Below, in pieces: positions 18,352 through 28,298 of a stretch of DNA of 64,000 nucleotides (position 1 is its first letter; every line of letters starts with the position of its first letter). Under the pieces are notes generated by a model. The model was not told the DNA's origin. It did not search any database and saw only the letters and a program-made list of their open reading frames with translations. The translations under genes were made by a program, and so were the position numbers. The stretch is taken from NCBI GenBank assembly GCA_964389025.1, contig CAYMCQ010000002.1:29867-93866 (forward strand). The letters run 5' to 3'. The DNA comes from an uncultured Verrucomicrobiota bacterium. Lineage in GTDB: Bacteria > Verrucomicrobiota > Verrucomicrobiia > Limisphaerales > CAYMCQ01.

Positions 18352-18589
18352 GAGAGTTAAAACGAAGAACTCATTGCGAGTTCAGATTCACACTATCGGA
18401 TTACCGAAGTTACCAAAGGAGGGAACCTTTGCCGGAAACGGCAACTTTTTACACAAAACCACCAAGCAGGCGTAGCTTGGTGGCATGGTATTAGAACATA
18501 CCATTTATTTTCTGTCAAAGAGCGGAGCATGCCGCATTGAGCAAACCTGCCCTCCTTTTTTGATTCCGATACACATGTAGATTGGAGTT

Positions 18590-18778
18590 ATGAAAACACC
18601 ACAACAGTTGAGCCGCCAGGCCATTGACGAGTTCAAGGCGATTTATCAGGAGGAATTCGGTCAGACTCTTTCAGACGATGAAGTCCAGGAGATCGCCGTT
18701 CGCTTGTTGCGATTTTTTGGCATTCTTGTCAGGCCACTTCCGGGTGAGGCCGAAGATGAGAAGCCCATTCGGGAGTAG
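18590..18778 (+). CDS. small conserved MGE protein upstream of the recombinase
   Basis: 'LSRQAIDEFKAIYQEEFGQTLSDDEVQEIAVRLLRFF' is a small helical protein type that I recall preceding this recombinase type; RBS GGAG present. Confidence 0.6.
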   Translation: MKTPQQLSRQAIDEFKAIYQEEFGQTLSDDEVQEIAVRLLRFFGILVRPLPGEAEDEKPIRE

Positions 18779-18864
18779 CACCGTTGACGCAATCATTTGG
18801 GGTACGTTAGCATTGGTATATTCCCAGCAAGTTGTCGCTTCCCCGTCGTTAATCACACATCTTT

Positions 18865-20712
18865 ATGACTGGATATTTCATCTACTGCCGCAAATCATCC
18901 GAAGCCGAAGACCGGCAGGTTCTTTCCATTGAATCGCAAACCCGCGAGTTGAAGGAACTCGCACTAAAACTCAATCTCCCCGTCTCAGAAATTTTGATGG
19001 AATCGAAATCCGCGAAAGAACCGGGTCGGCCTGTGTTCAATCACATGATGCAGCGCCTCTACCGGGGCGAAGCCGCCGGCATCATCTGCTGGAAACTTGA
19101 CCGTCTGGCGCGCAACCCCGTGGACGGCGGTTCCATCATCTGGGCGATAAAACAGCATCGCATCAAAGTGATGACACCGGCCCAGAGTTACGCGCACGAG
19201 GATGACAACATCATCCTCATGTATATCGAATTCGGCATGGCCCAAAAATACGTTGATGACTTGAGCAAGAACGTAAAGCGAGGGCTGAAAACCAAGATTG
19301 AAAAGGGCTGGTATCCCGGTGTTGCTCCCGCTGGCTATTTGAACAACACTGTTAAATTAAGTGGAGAGAACAATTTGATCAAAGACCCGGAACGCTTTCC
19401 CTTGATCCGGCGCATGTGGGACTTGATGTTGACCGGTCTCTATACCCCGCCAAGGATTCGAGAGATTGCGAACAACGAATGGAGCTTTCGCACGAGGTCC
19501 ACGCGGAAAATGGGCGGCAAGCCGCTTTGTCTAAGCGCCATCTATCAAGTTTTCACCAAGCCGTTCTACTACGGCTGGTTTGAGTATCCCAACGGAAGCG
19601 GACAGTGGTATCAGGGGAAACACGAACCGCTCATCACCCAGGCTGAATATGAACGTGTGCAGGTATTGCTTGGTCGAAACGGGAATCCGAGGCCCAAGAC
19701 GCACCTTGAATTTGCCTTCACTGGACTCATTCGCTGCGGAGATTGCCATTCCATGGTGACGGCAGAGGAAAAGCGTCAACTCATTTGCAGCGGGTGCCGT
19801 TTCAAATTTGCGTACCAGAACCACGATGCATGTCCCCGCTGCGAAACTCCAATCGAGACGATGACCGGGGCGATCTTCCTTCACTACACCTACTACCATT
19901 GCACGAAGGCAAAGAATCCCGGTTGCGTCCAAAAATCGGTGAGCGGCAAGGAACTAGACCGCCAGATCGACAATTATCTGTCGCGGATACAGATTTCGGA
20001 ACGGTTCAAGGAATGGGCGCTCAAATATCTCCATGAGTTGCATGAGAAAGAAAGCGCATCGCGAAACGACATCATTCAAGCTCAACAGAATGCCTATCGG
20101 GAATGCGTGCGGAGAATTGACAACTTGGTGAAGCTAAAGACTTCGCCGGATAATGCTGACGGAAGTTTGCTGTCCGATGAAGAATATGGACGGCAGCGGG
20201 TGGAACTGCTCAAAGAAAAGTCCGCGCTTGAGGAATTGCTCCGCGATGCCGGGCATCGGATTGAACAGTGGGTGAAGCTCTCCGAACGGACATTTGAATT
20301 CGCGTGCGCGGCGAGGGACAGATTCTCCAAAGGGGACTCGAAGACCAAGAAGGAGATTCTTGTCGCAATTGGATCGAACCTGACTTTGAAGGACAAAAAG
20401 CTCTGCATTGAAGCCAAAAAACCGTTCCTGATTTTAGAAAAGTCCTTGTCTCTCGATGAACCTGAAAATGAACCTATCGAACCTGAAAATACCGCTGTGT
20501 CACAAAGACAAAAAGAGGCAAATGCCTCTCTTAGTCCAAGACGGCTGGGAGGAAGACACGAAGCACGAACGGAGCACATCTACCAAAAGGTCGTAAGAAA
20601 AGTATACCACTTCTTCCGGGATGAAGTCGTTTCAGGGCGGTTTAACTTTTCTGATTGGAAAACCTTGTATGACTGGAGCAGCGGTAAAAGCCACGATCAT
20701 CATGAAAACTAG
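18865..20712 (+). CDS. large serine recombinase (second) with an extra zinc-finger insert
   Basis: Catalytic 'YCRKSSE', 'WKLDRLARN', 'GVAPAGY', Zn ribbon CGDC...HC...C with inserted CSGC/CPRC, and a coiled coil. Confidence 0.92.
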   Translation: MTGYFIYCRKSSEAEDRQVLSIESQTRELKELALKLNLPVSEILMESKSAKEPGRPVFNHMMQRLYRGEAAGIICWKLDRLARNPVDGGSIIWAIKQHRIKVMTPAQSYAHEDDNIILMYIEFGMAQKYVDDLSKNVKRGLKTKIEKGWYPGVAPAGYLNNTVKLSGENNLIKDPERFPLIRRMWDLMLTGLYTPPRIREIANNEWSFRTRSTRKMGGKPLCLSAIYQVFTKPFYYGWFEYPNGSGQWYQGKHEPLITQAEYERVQVLLGRNGNPRPKTHLEFAFTGLIRCGDCHSMVTAEEKRQLICSGCRFKFAYQNHDACPRCETPIETMTGAIFLHYTYYHCTKAKNPGCVQKSVSGKELDRQIDNYLSRIQISERFKEWALKYLHELHEKESASRNDIIQAQQNAYRECVRRIDNLVKLKTSPDNADGSLLSDEEYGRQRVELLKEKSALEELLRDAGHRIEQWVKLSERTFEFACAARDRFSKGDSKTKKEILVAIGSNLTLKDKKLCIEAKKPFLILEKSLSLDEPENEPIEPENTAVSQRQKEANASLSPRRLGGRHEARTEHIYQKVVRKVYHFFRDEVVSGRFNFSDWKTLYDWSSGKSHDHHEN

Positions 20713-21017
20713 ATCGAATAACGTGGTACACATACCAAGATTACTTAAGCGTTCTCGTCAATGGAGTTTTTTGTCACTCGTCAGTCTTTCGCGTAAGAAG
20801 ATCAAACAAGCGAAGCAGTCGTACTCCGAGCTCTTCTGCCCCGTCATCGGTGAGAACCCCGTTACATTCCTCCGTATAGATCTTCCGCAATTCATCTTTG
20901 GCTTTTTGGGAAAGCGTGGCCATGGGAGAAAAAGTGTAATCCGTTTGCAGCAACTTGTCACATCCGGCAAGAATGAGCGTCTAGGAGTCGCTGCTTAGTA
21001 GTCCTACCATATATTTC

Positions 21018-21320
21018 ATGAATCAAGAGAACCATTTTCAAAACAACCTTAAGAGACTCCGAAAGGAGGCTGGGTTACGTCAGATTGATATCGCAGAGAG
21101 GCTCGGGCACACAAGTGCCGACCGCGTTTCGCACTGGGAAAAAGGTCTGGCAGTCCCAGGGCTCATAAATTTATTCAAGCTGTCGATTATTTATGGAACT
21201 TCACCACAAGAATTGTACGCAGAGCTCTATGCGTTGCTTACCCACAAGCACGAAGAAGAAGCTGAAGGCGTGTGGAATCAATCGAGGATTCTTGGCTCTA
21301 AACTCCAAGACTTCGGATGA
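21018..21320 (+). CDS. XRE-family HTH regulator
   Basis: 'NNLKRLRKEAGLRQIDIAERLG...VSHWEKGLAVP'. Confidence 0.85.
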   Translation: MNQENHFQNNLKRLRKEAGLRQIDIAERLGHTSADRVSHWEKGLAVPGLINLFKLSIIYGTSPQELYAELYALLTHKHEEEAEGVWNQSRILGSKLQDFG

Positions 21321-21595
21321 CGCTGGTTGACACATTTAATTGCTATGTTAGGCTGAACCTCTTCTTGTTCTTATAGTTACACGACTTCCTCGCCTCACAC
21401 TTTCCCGTTCAGAGTATTTTATTTCCCTGTAACACCACGTTTGGGAAGTCATACAATTTTTGGGGTCGGCTACAAGTTGACTCCATAGGGCCGGTATCCT
21501 CTTACGTGGCTGTTGGGGGGTACTGGCCTGTTTTTTTGTGAAAAACCAATTGACAAATTTTAACAGCACCTGAGAATAGATCGCTCCTTAGTTCT

Positions 21596-21874
21596 TTGAC
21601 ATGCCGGGCTATTTCGCGGGATGCCGCATGCATCCTTTCTATGAATACAAACAGCCACAATACCAATCCGTTCCTATCCAAGACCGTCCACTTGAGCAAA
21701 CAGGACGTGGAAGTGTTGTTGAGGGTCCTAGCCGAGTTTCAAGAGGCTATGGTTTCAACAACACCAGACAGTGACCGCGTCGCTGTTAAGATACAATCAG
21801 AGGCAACAGCTAAGCCTTGCGAGAGAGAGTGTTTGGGTACCTTTTGGCAAGATGGCCAATGCCATTTCTATTAA
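21596..21874 (+). CDS. hypothetical protein
   Basis: An ORF followed by a terminator; no recognisable motif. Confidence 0.3.
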   Translation: MTCRAISRDAACILSMNTNSHNTNPFLSKTVHLSKQDVEVLLRVLAEFQEAMVSTTPDSDRVAVKIQSEATAKPCERECLGTFWQDGQCHFY

Positions 21875-21978
21875 AACTGTGTTCCTTTACTGCGTGAGCC
21901 CGCCTGATGAGCCTGTTAGAGGCAAGCCCTAATGAGGGCGAAAAATTCCCGGCATTGTTTAATCCTTATCATCCTTTG

Positions 21979-22015
21979 AACCGTTTGGAAAAATCCAAAC
22001 GGTTTTCTCTTTTTT
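21979..22015 (+). terminator. rho-independent terminator
   Basis: AACCGTTTGGA-AAAA-TCCAAACGGTT perfect 11-bp stem, followed by TTCTCTTTTTT. Confidence 0.7.
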
Positions 22016-22237
22016 GGCTTATTGGTATTTCTACCAATTCTTGCTGGGAGACCTAGATGATGTTAGAACATTATCCCACAAAAACCGTAATTTAGTCAAA
22101 GCGATCTACCACTACTTTCGTAGCTCGGATAAGTGTCAGTGCTCGGATTGTCGGCAGGAAAATTTACTGCACGGGGTCAGTTTAAACTAGGGAGCCACAA
22201 ATCAAAGACGTGAAGGCTTACCTCCTCCGGCAAGAAT

Positions 22238-23407
22238 TTACTTGATGAAGCTATCGAACTTAAACTTGCTCAGATCGAAACGGCTTTTGCCTGTCGTTGC
22301 TAATTCAGACAACGCCTCACCAATTGCAGCGGAATGCTTGAATCCATGACCCGAACACGGTGATGCCAGGATGACATTTTTCTGCTCCGGATGAAAATCT
22401 ATCACGAACCCGAAATCGGGTGTGACAGTGTATAAACAAGAGACTGCCTTGATACACTTACTGGAGACGTTCGGAAGATATGCCTCCACAAGATTTCTAT
22501 GCATGGCACTCATCTCGGCTTGGCTCACATTCCGATTCACAGTGTCAGCGGTAGTAGTTGTTTCATACTGTTCAGTTGCAATCTTTAAACCACCTTTGGG
22601 ACCATTGATCGCTGGGAAGCCGTATATGAGCTTCTTTTTGTCCTGCAATTCCCAGATAAAAACGGGAAATTTGTCCGGAGTAAACTCTTTGAACGAATCC
22701 TCAACATCAAACCAGAACAACACCTGCCGCATTATCTTAAAATATTTTTTGTGCTTTTTGTCGACAAGCTGGGGAACCCACGGTCCGGCCGTAATGACTA
22801 ATTTGTCAGCGCGATATTCTCCTTTTGTCGTCTTCACAACAACTCGATCGGAAGCATCAAACCGAATCACCTTTTCTTCAGTGCGAATTTGCGCTCCATA
22901 TTTTTTTGCTAATTCCAACTGTGCCCTGATGCACTCTTCCGGTCGCACAAATCCTGCCTCATACTCAAAGTAACCTCTTTCGTTGTCCTGAACGTTGAAT
23001 TCAGGATACCGCTTTCGTATCCGTTCAACGGAGAGCTTTTCATGCTTGATGTTATGTTTTTCCGCCGCGGCTAAAGTCTTATCAAAAAATTGCACAGCAT
23101 GAGTGGAAGTTGTTTTTCCACGACTGGAAATAATAAGGCCACCATTGGAAGTAAGCAGGCTCCTCCCTGTTTCTTTCTCGATCTCCCGCCAGAGTTCATG
23201 CGAACGAAGTGCGAAAGGTATGTAATGATCTCCTTCACCAATAGCGAGCCTTGTGACGCGAGTATCACCATGACTTGATCCGAAGGTGTGCGGAGGTGAA
23301 AATTGATCGATCCCGAGTACTCGGTTTCCTCTTTTAGCCAACTGATATGTAGCAGCGCTTCCCATTGCACCGAGCCCGATGACAATCGTTTCGAATTGAT
23401 CGTTCAT
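22238..23407 (-). CDS. solA: N-methyl-L-tryptophan / monomeric sarcosine oxidase
   Basis: FAD motif 'IVIGLGAMGSAA', 'GSSHGDTRVTR', 'CLYTVTPD' and 'CSGHGFKH'. Confidence 0.9.
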   Translation of the reverse strand: MNDQFETIVIGLGAMGSAATYQLAKRGNRVLGIDQFSPPHTFGSSHGDTRVTRLAIGEGDHYIPFALRSHELWREIEKETGRSLLTSNGGLIISSRGKTTSTHAVQFFDKTLAAAEKHNIKHEKLSVERIRKRYPEFNVQDNERGYFEYEAGFVRPEECIRAQLELAKKYGAQIRTEEKVIRFDASDRVVVKTTKGEYRADKLVITAGPWVPQLVDKKHKKYFKIMRQVLFWFDVEDSFKEFTPDKFPVFIWELQDKKKLIYGFPAINGPKGGLKIATEQYETTTTADTVNRNVSQAEMSAMHRNLVEAYLPNVSSKCIKAVSCLYTVTPDFGFVIDFHPEQKNVILASPCSGHGFKHSAAIGEALSELATTGKSRFDLSKFKFDSFIK

Positions 23408-23707
23408 AACGTCCGCTCACGCGGTCAGGCAACATTTTGGAATTGGTTTCAATCCGCAAAGAAAAGGCGATCCCATTTCTGAGACCGCCTTTTTGTCCCC
23501 AACAAAAACACAAACGATTTGTTTTGTCAGTGTTCTGATTCAACTGATTTTCTAAGAATGGGTCAAGTGAATTTTCGCCGCCTTTCCGGGCTTGACATCC
23601 CCAAGATGAAGCATATCAAGGCTCTCGTAACCACAGGAGCATCGGTTACTTCGTTCACAAACACTAAAAAACAATTGTTGTGTTGTCTCATTAAGAAAAG
23701 GCAATCC

Positions 23708-25018
23708 ATGAAACTGATTCGATCTTTCTCAATCACTCTCGCGCTTCTTTTGTCGGCAATTCCGTTGGCAAAGGCCGACGCAATCCGAATCGCGAGCTAT
23801 AACATCAAGTTCTTCGCGACAGGCGTCGTCAACCAAGGCGACCGCCTCGACAAATTAAAACAAGTCATTGACGTGCTAGACGCTGATATAATCGGCCTTC
23901 AAGAAATCGATGACCGCGCGGCTCTGATGCTGTTGTTTCCAACGAACAAATGGGAAATAATAATTGATGACACAAGCGGCGATGACCAGGATGTCGCACT
24001 CGTGGCACTCAAAAGCGCGGTAACAGTTAAAGGACACGAATACCTCTTTCCCGGTTCATCGAACAACACGTTCTTTCCTAATCGCCGCGATGTGTTGTCC
24101 GTCGAGCTTCAGTTGCCAAACTCTGCCGGAAGTTTCTTTGTCATGGTGCAGCATGCAAAGGCACGCTTTGGTGGCAGGAAACAGACAGACGACCGTCGAG
24201 AAGGAGCGGCGCGAAAACTGGTTGAGAAGATCAAGCAGGACTTTGATGATAGGGATTTCATCCTTTTAGGAGACTTAAATGACAATCCCGATGATCGCTC
24301 GCTCAACATCCTTGAAACGGGCGACCCCAATGCGCTCGGTGGACCCGAAGAAATGGACGGTCCTTTGTTGGTCAATCTGATGGACCAGTTGTGCGCCGAC
24401 GGGCATGTATCTCATGGTCGATCCTCTTCCGACATCGTCGCAGGTCAGATCAATACGCTTGATCCAAATAGCCGGTCGAGAAACAACAATGCACGCGGCA
24501 CCGATGCGAATACGGGAGATATTTTGTTCGATCAGATTCTTTTCCCGGTTTCGATGAAAAACAAATATGTCGGCGGTTCTGTTAAGGTGTTCAACCATCC
24601 CTCAGGAGTTTCCGGCAATGATGACACACGGGCCTCCGACCACTTGCCGGTGTATGCCGAGTTTGATTTTGAGGCAGCGGTCGCGCCGCCAGCGACTACA
24701 ACGCTCCGCATTGCCGGACTATTGCCAAATCCAGAAGGCACCGACGCAGGCCATGAGCAAGTTGTTCTGGCGAATGGCACCGCAAGCGCCGTGAATCTGC
24801 AAGGGTTCAAACTGCGCGACAAATCTCACAATGAATTCTCCCTGAGCGGAGTGGTTCCGAGCGGTTCCAAACTGACGATTACCATGCAAGGCAATTCAAT
24901 GCCGCTTAATAATGATACCGATGAGATTCAATTGATTGACCCGCAAGGTGACGAGAAAGACAAGGTATCCTATACAGCCTCTCAGGTGAAAGTGGGCCAG
25001 ATGATTGAATTCCCCTGA
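23708..25018 (+). CDS. secreted endonuclease/exonuclease/phosphatase (EEP) with a C-terminal lamin-tail domain
   Basis: Signal peptide, 'IASYNI', 'IIGLQEI', 'LLGDLND' and 'SDHLPV'; LTD-like 'PNPEGTD...EQVVLAN...VNLQGFKLRD'. Confidence 0.88.
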   Translation: MKLIRSFSITLALLLSAIPLAKADAIRIASYNIKFFATGVVNQGDRLDKLKQVIDVLDADIIGLQEIDDRAALMLLFPTNKWEIIIDDTSGDDQDVALVALKSAVTVKGHEYLFPGSSNNTFFPNRRDVLSVELQLPNSAGSFFVMVQHAKARFGGRKQTDDRREGAARKLVEKIKQDFDDRDFILLGDLNDNPDDRSLNILETGDPNALGGPEEMDGPLLVNLMDQLCADGHVSHGRSSSDIVAGQINTLDPNSRSRNNNARGTDANTGDILFDQILFPVSMKNKYVGGSVKVFNHPSGVSGNDDTRASDHLPVYAEFDFEAAVAPPATTTLRIAGLLPNPEGTDAGHEQVVLANGTASAVNLQGFKLRDKSHNEFSLSGVVPSGSKLTITMQGNSMPLNNDTDEIQLIDPQGDEKDKVSYTASQVKVGQMIEFP

Positions 25019-25412
25019 TCTCGACTCTTTTCAAATACCGTGAGTTTCAGAGGCACGCCATATGAAGTTTTCCCTGACTGGTCAAACCGCAACCACAGTC
25101 TGAATTAAAATCCCTCTGTGGTTATTCTCACGACTTGATCTGCCGGACGATTTGCCGCGCAATGATTTCTATCGTGTCTTCTATGTCCTGAAGCTTCTCG
25201 AAAATCTTCTCCGAGCAATCACAGTTCTGGCGTTTGATCCAACTGGAAAAGAATCGCCTGACCCATCTACGAAAAGAGCGGTTCTGTGCTGCGCTGTATA
25301 TTTTTTTCATATACGCACAGGATAAACGCCGGAGACACGCAGACAAAGACGCCGAAACTTGCCGGATGCGGAAAGTGTTTTACATCTCAGCCTGTATATT
25401 TTTGCCGGCGCC

Positions 25413-25619
25413 CTATGTTGTGTGGCACGGATTGGAGCAATAATAGCAGCCGTTAGACTGGCTGTAATGCTTCTTGGCTTCTTGCACTGCTGGCGCGCAA
25501 CTTGAGAAGTCTCCGAGATACAGGCGATTTTCAGATTCAGGCATGAATGAGCAACCTGTTACATGTACTTCATGATCGCCATTCGCCTGTGCATTCTTGT
25601 TAACGTAGTAGGATGCCAT
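25413..25619 (-). CDS. small conserved His/Cys-rich protein
   Basis: 'YYVNKNAQANGDHEVH...C...NGCYYC...CH'; RBS-like AAAGG upstream. Confidence 0.7.
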   Translation of the reverse strand: MASYYVNKNAQANGDHEVHVTGCSFMPESENRLYLGDFSSCAPAVQEAKKHYSQSNGCYYCSNPCHTT

Positions 25620-25756
25620 ATATGACCTTTCCTTTCTTTTCGTCTGCCCTGCGGGAGACGCGTTTGATTCGACCGAGATTATTGCCCGGCGCGATGTGCC
25701 GTCAAGCCAATGGCGAATCTGAATAAGGTCACCGCCACCGCTTCGGACATTCGCGG

Positions 25757-26017
25757 TTGAGCCAGATTGTCGAGACGTTCACGATCATCACGACCGCTGC
25801 GAATGAGCAGATGAAGCCGTTGCATGACCGCATACCGGTGATCGTGCAACCGAATCATTACGATTGGTGGTTGTTCGATGATGCGTTGTGCAAGTCGGTC
25901 TTGAACCGTCCGCAGAATGATGCGTTGAAGATTTATCCGGTGAGTCCTCTTGTGAACAGTCCGAGGAATGCAGACGCGCGGTGTATTGAGCCGGTCAGGG
26001 GTGGCGGTAAATCCTGA
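25757..26017 (+). pseudogene. SOS-response-associated peptidase (SRAP/YedK) C-terminal fragment
   Basis: 'ETFTIITTAANEQMKPLHDRIPVI' and 'YPVSPLVNSPRN' are present, but the N-terminal catalytic Cys region is absent. Confidence 0.75.
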
Positions 26018-28298
26018 AAAAGTTTGATCCGAAAGGAACGTTGGTTGTGAAGGTGTAGCTCGTTCCCGCCGCAAGGAGATTGGATTTGAAGATTGTCCAG
26101 TTCGTGAAGTCGGTGGAGCACTCGATGTTGTAGGTGCGTGTGGCCAGAGATTCCCATTTGAACGTCGCGGTCTGGTTGCTCACGCTGAAGGAAAGGATTT
26201 TGTAAACCGGATTGGTGTATGCTTGCACGGCGGAAACGGTCCCGTCTATCGCGAAGTCGTAGTTGGTATTGTTCGCCACGTCGAAGATATACCAGGTTCC
26301 CGCCGAGCTTGTGCCGCCCCAGTTCACGATGCGGAAGGTAATGTTTGTTCCCGCGCCGACGTTCTGCAATGGCGTGATTCCTGAAAGGTCAATCGGGGCA
26401 ATTGACCCGCCTGCGCTGGTGTTGGACGGGTAGAAAATGGCGGCAATGTCAGTGAACGCGCCAGAGCCGACTTGATATTGCACCAAGGCGTTGGTCGCGC
26501 CCGTGGCCGAATGGCGGTAATCAAACTTGCTGATTGAGGAATAGGAAACGTAGTAGCCGGTCTGTCCGGCAATGGAGCAGGTGACGAATTGGTTTGAACC
26601 GATGGCGTTCGCCGATGTGAGATTCGTAAAGCTCGTGCCTCCCCATGCGCGAACCGCTGCGGTGCCGACTTGAGCGACGCCGGTTCCGCGAGTGAGACCA
26701 ACGACGGTGAGGTTCGCCGCGCCGGTTGTGGGAGCCAAAGGCGAAGCTCCGTAGTTTCCAGAGCCGCCTGTCAGCCCATTCACATCCCAGCCAACAAGCG
26801 TGCCTGTGAAGTCGCCGCCGTTTGTGAAAGCGTTAATGGTGATGATGTCGGTTGCGGTGTTGTTTGCAGCGTTGGTTTCGTCGCCGCCGGAAACTGTGAC
26901 TGTGTTGGTGACACTCGCCGGAGCGTTGGAAGCAACGTTCACGGTGACTGTGATGGCGGGATAGGCTGAGTTCGCAGAGAGAGCGTCGGAGCGCGTGGCG
27001 GTGAGTGTGCCGAGTGTCGTGCTCCAACCCGTGCCGCTGATGGCCGTCGCAGTCAGGCCGGAGCCGAGAACGTTGGAAACGGTGATCGTGCCGGATGTTG
27101 ATGCGATGCCGGAATTGGTCACGATGATGGTGTAGGTATCGCCAACGTCCTGTTGCGTGAAATTGCCTGAATGAGTGGCGGTGAGAGTCAAGTCAGGCGT
27201 GCCGCCAGACCCGATGATGAAGTTACTCGCGCTGTTTGTCGTGCCGCCGGGCGTCGTGACGGAGATCGTGCCGGTGGTCGCGTTTGTCGGAACTGTGGCC
27301 GTGATTTGCGTGTTTGAATCCACGATGAAGACGGCGTTCAAGCCGTTGAATTTCACAACAGAAGTGCCATTAAAGTTTGTGCCGGTGATCACGACGTTTG
27401 TGTTCACGTTCCCGCTCGTGGGCGCAAAGCTCGTGATGCCTGGCGGCGGCGGACTGACAAGGTTGTCTATCTTGGCCCTGAATGCCGAGGCGATTGTTCC
27501 CGGCAACGCGGTGAAAAAAGTGAAGCCTGTTTCCAATTCGATTTGACGCGCGGACGTGACGTAGTTCGACCAGTTCCCGCTCAGGCCATTCGTGACGTTC
27601 GGAATGATCATGCTGATCACGCGATTCGTCGTCGTCGTGATGCGGCTCAATGCCGTGCCGCCGCCCAACGGAACCACCACCACGATTTTCCAGACGTTAG
27701 ACCCGATGTATGCTTTGCCGCTTGGAATCTTGTTCGTGCCGAAACCGCTCGGCCCGCAAATGATGAGCAATTCATTCGCCGTCGTCAGGTCACGGCAATA
27801 GTTTTCAAACGTCGCCCAAACTCCCTGATTGTTGTGTGCGGACTGCGGCGTAATGTTCGACATGTAAAACACCGCGTCGTTATGCGGGTCCGTGTCCGTC
27901 CGGTCCTCCGACGGACACAAATGGCCGCGATTGAAATTGTTTGTCCCCACTCCGTTGTAATCATTGTCCGTCATCCGATAAAAGTTCGGCGGCAAAGTGG
28001 TGTCCGTGAAATAATTGTCCGAGCGCGTCGCGCTGCCAACGTCACCAGCGGTCAAGTCCCAGCTCGCCCAGACCGGCCCGCCCAGATTATCGCTGAAATC
28101 CAGCGCCTCGACGTCCCGCTGGACGAGGTAATGATCGTGATTGTTCGTGTCCGCAGTCGCACCGCTGGGATTGCCCAACTGCATTTGCAGCGTTGAATGG
28201 AGGACGTGAGCATCCACGCAGCGGCCCTCAAAGCCATTGAGTGGTTTAACCTCGATTCCGAGGCGATGAAAGGAAGCCGCAATGGGAGCGAAGATCAT
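25995..28298 (-). CDS. DNA/RNA non-specific endonuclease (NucA-like) with IPT/TIG and DUF11-like domains; N-terminus probably truncated near 28195
   Basis: 'LGNPS', 'FNRGHLCPSEDR', 'FYMSNITPQ', 'ICGP' and an IPT-like 'ITSFAPTSG...VVITGTNF'; no signal peptide. Confidence 0.85.
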   Translation of the reverse strand: MIFAPIAASFHRLGIEVKPLNGFEGRCVDAHVLHSTLQMQLGNPSGATADTNNHDHYLVQRDVEALDFSDNLGGPVWASWDLTAGDVGSATRSDNYFTDTTLPPNFYRMTDNDYNGVGTNNFNRGHLCPSEDRTDTDPHNDAVFYMSNITPQSAHNNQGVWATFENYCRDLTTANELLIICGPSGFGTNKIPSGKAYIGSNVWKIVVVVPLGGGTALSRITTTTNRVISMIIPNVTNGLSGNWSNYVTSARQIELETGFTFFTALPGTIASAFRAKIDNLVSPPPPGITSFAPTSGNVNTNVVITGTNFNGTSVVKFNGLNAVFIVDSNTQITATVPTNATTGTISVTTPGGTTNSASNFIIGSGGTPDLTLTATHSGNFTQQDVGDTYTIIVTNSGIASTSGTITVSNVLGSGLTATAISGTGWSTTLGTLTATRSDALSANSAYPAITVTVNVASNAPASVTNTVTVSGGDETNAANNTATDIITINAFTNGGDFTGTLVGWDVNGLTGGSGNYGASPLAPTTGAANLTVVGLTRGTGVAQVGTAAVRAWGGTSFTNLTSANAIGSNQFVTCSIAGQTGYYVSYSSISKFDYRHSATGATNALVQYQVGSGAFTDIAAIFYPSNTSAGGSIAPIDLSGITPLQNVGAGTNITFRIVNWGGTSSAGTWYIFDVANNTNYDFAIDGTVSAVQAYTNPVYKILSFSVSNQTATFKWESLATRTYNIECSTDFTNWTIFKSNLLAAGTSYTFTTNVPFGSNFFRIYRHP

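Noticed and set aside
21904-21943. Hammerhead-ribozyme-like core CTGATGA...GGCGAAA
   Set aside because: The core words are present, but I could not build stem I or a convincing stem III with an NUH site. It is two small hairpins only; an Infernal scan would settle it.
23410-23600. Riboswitch upstream of solA
   Set aside because: A hairpin (AAAAGGCG...CGCCTTTT) is present, but it lacks recognisable glycine, SAM or other riboswitch consensus.
25128-25346. 72-aa minus-strand ORF (also 21348-21569)
   Set aside because: No motif or clear RBS; I could not distinguish them from random ORFs.
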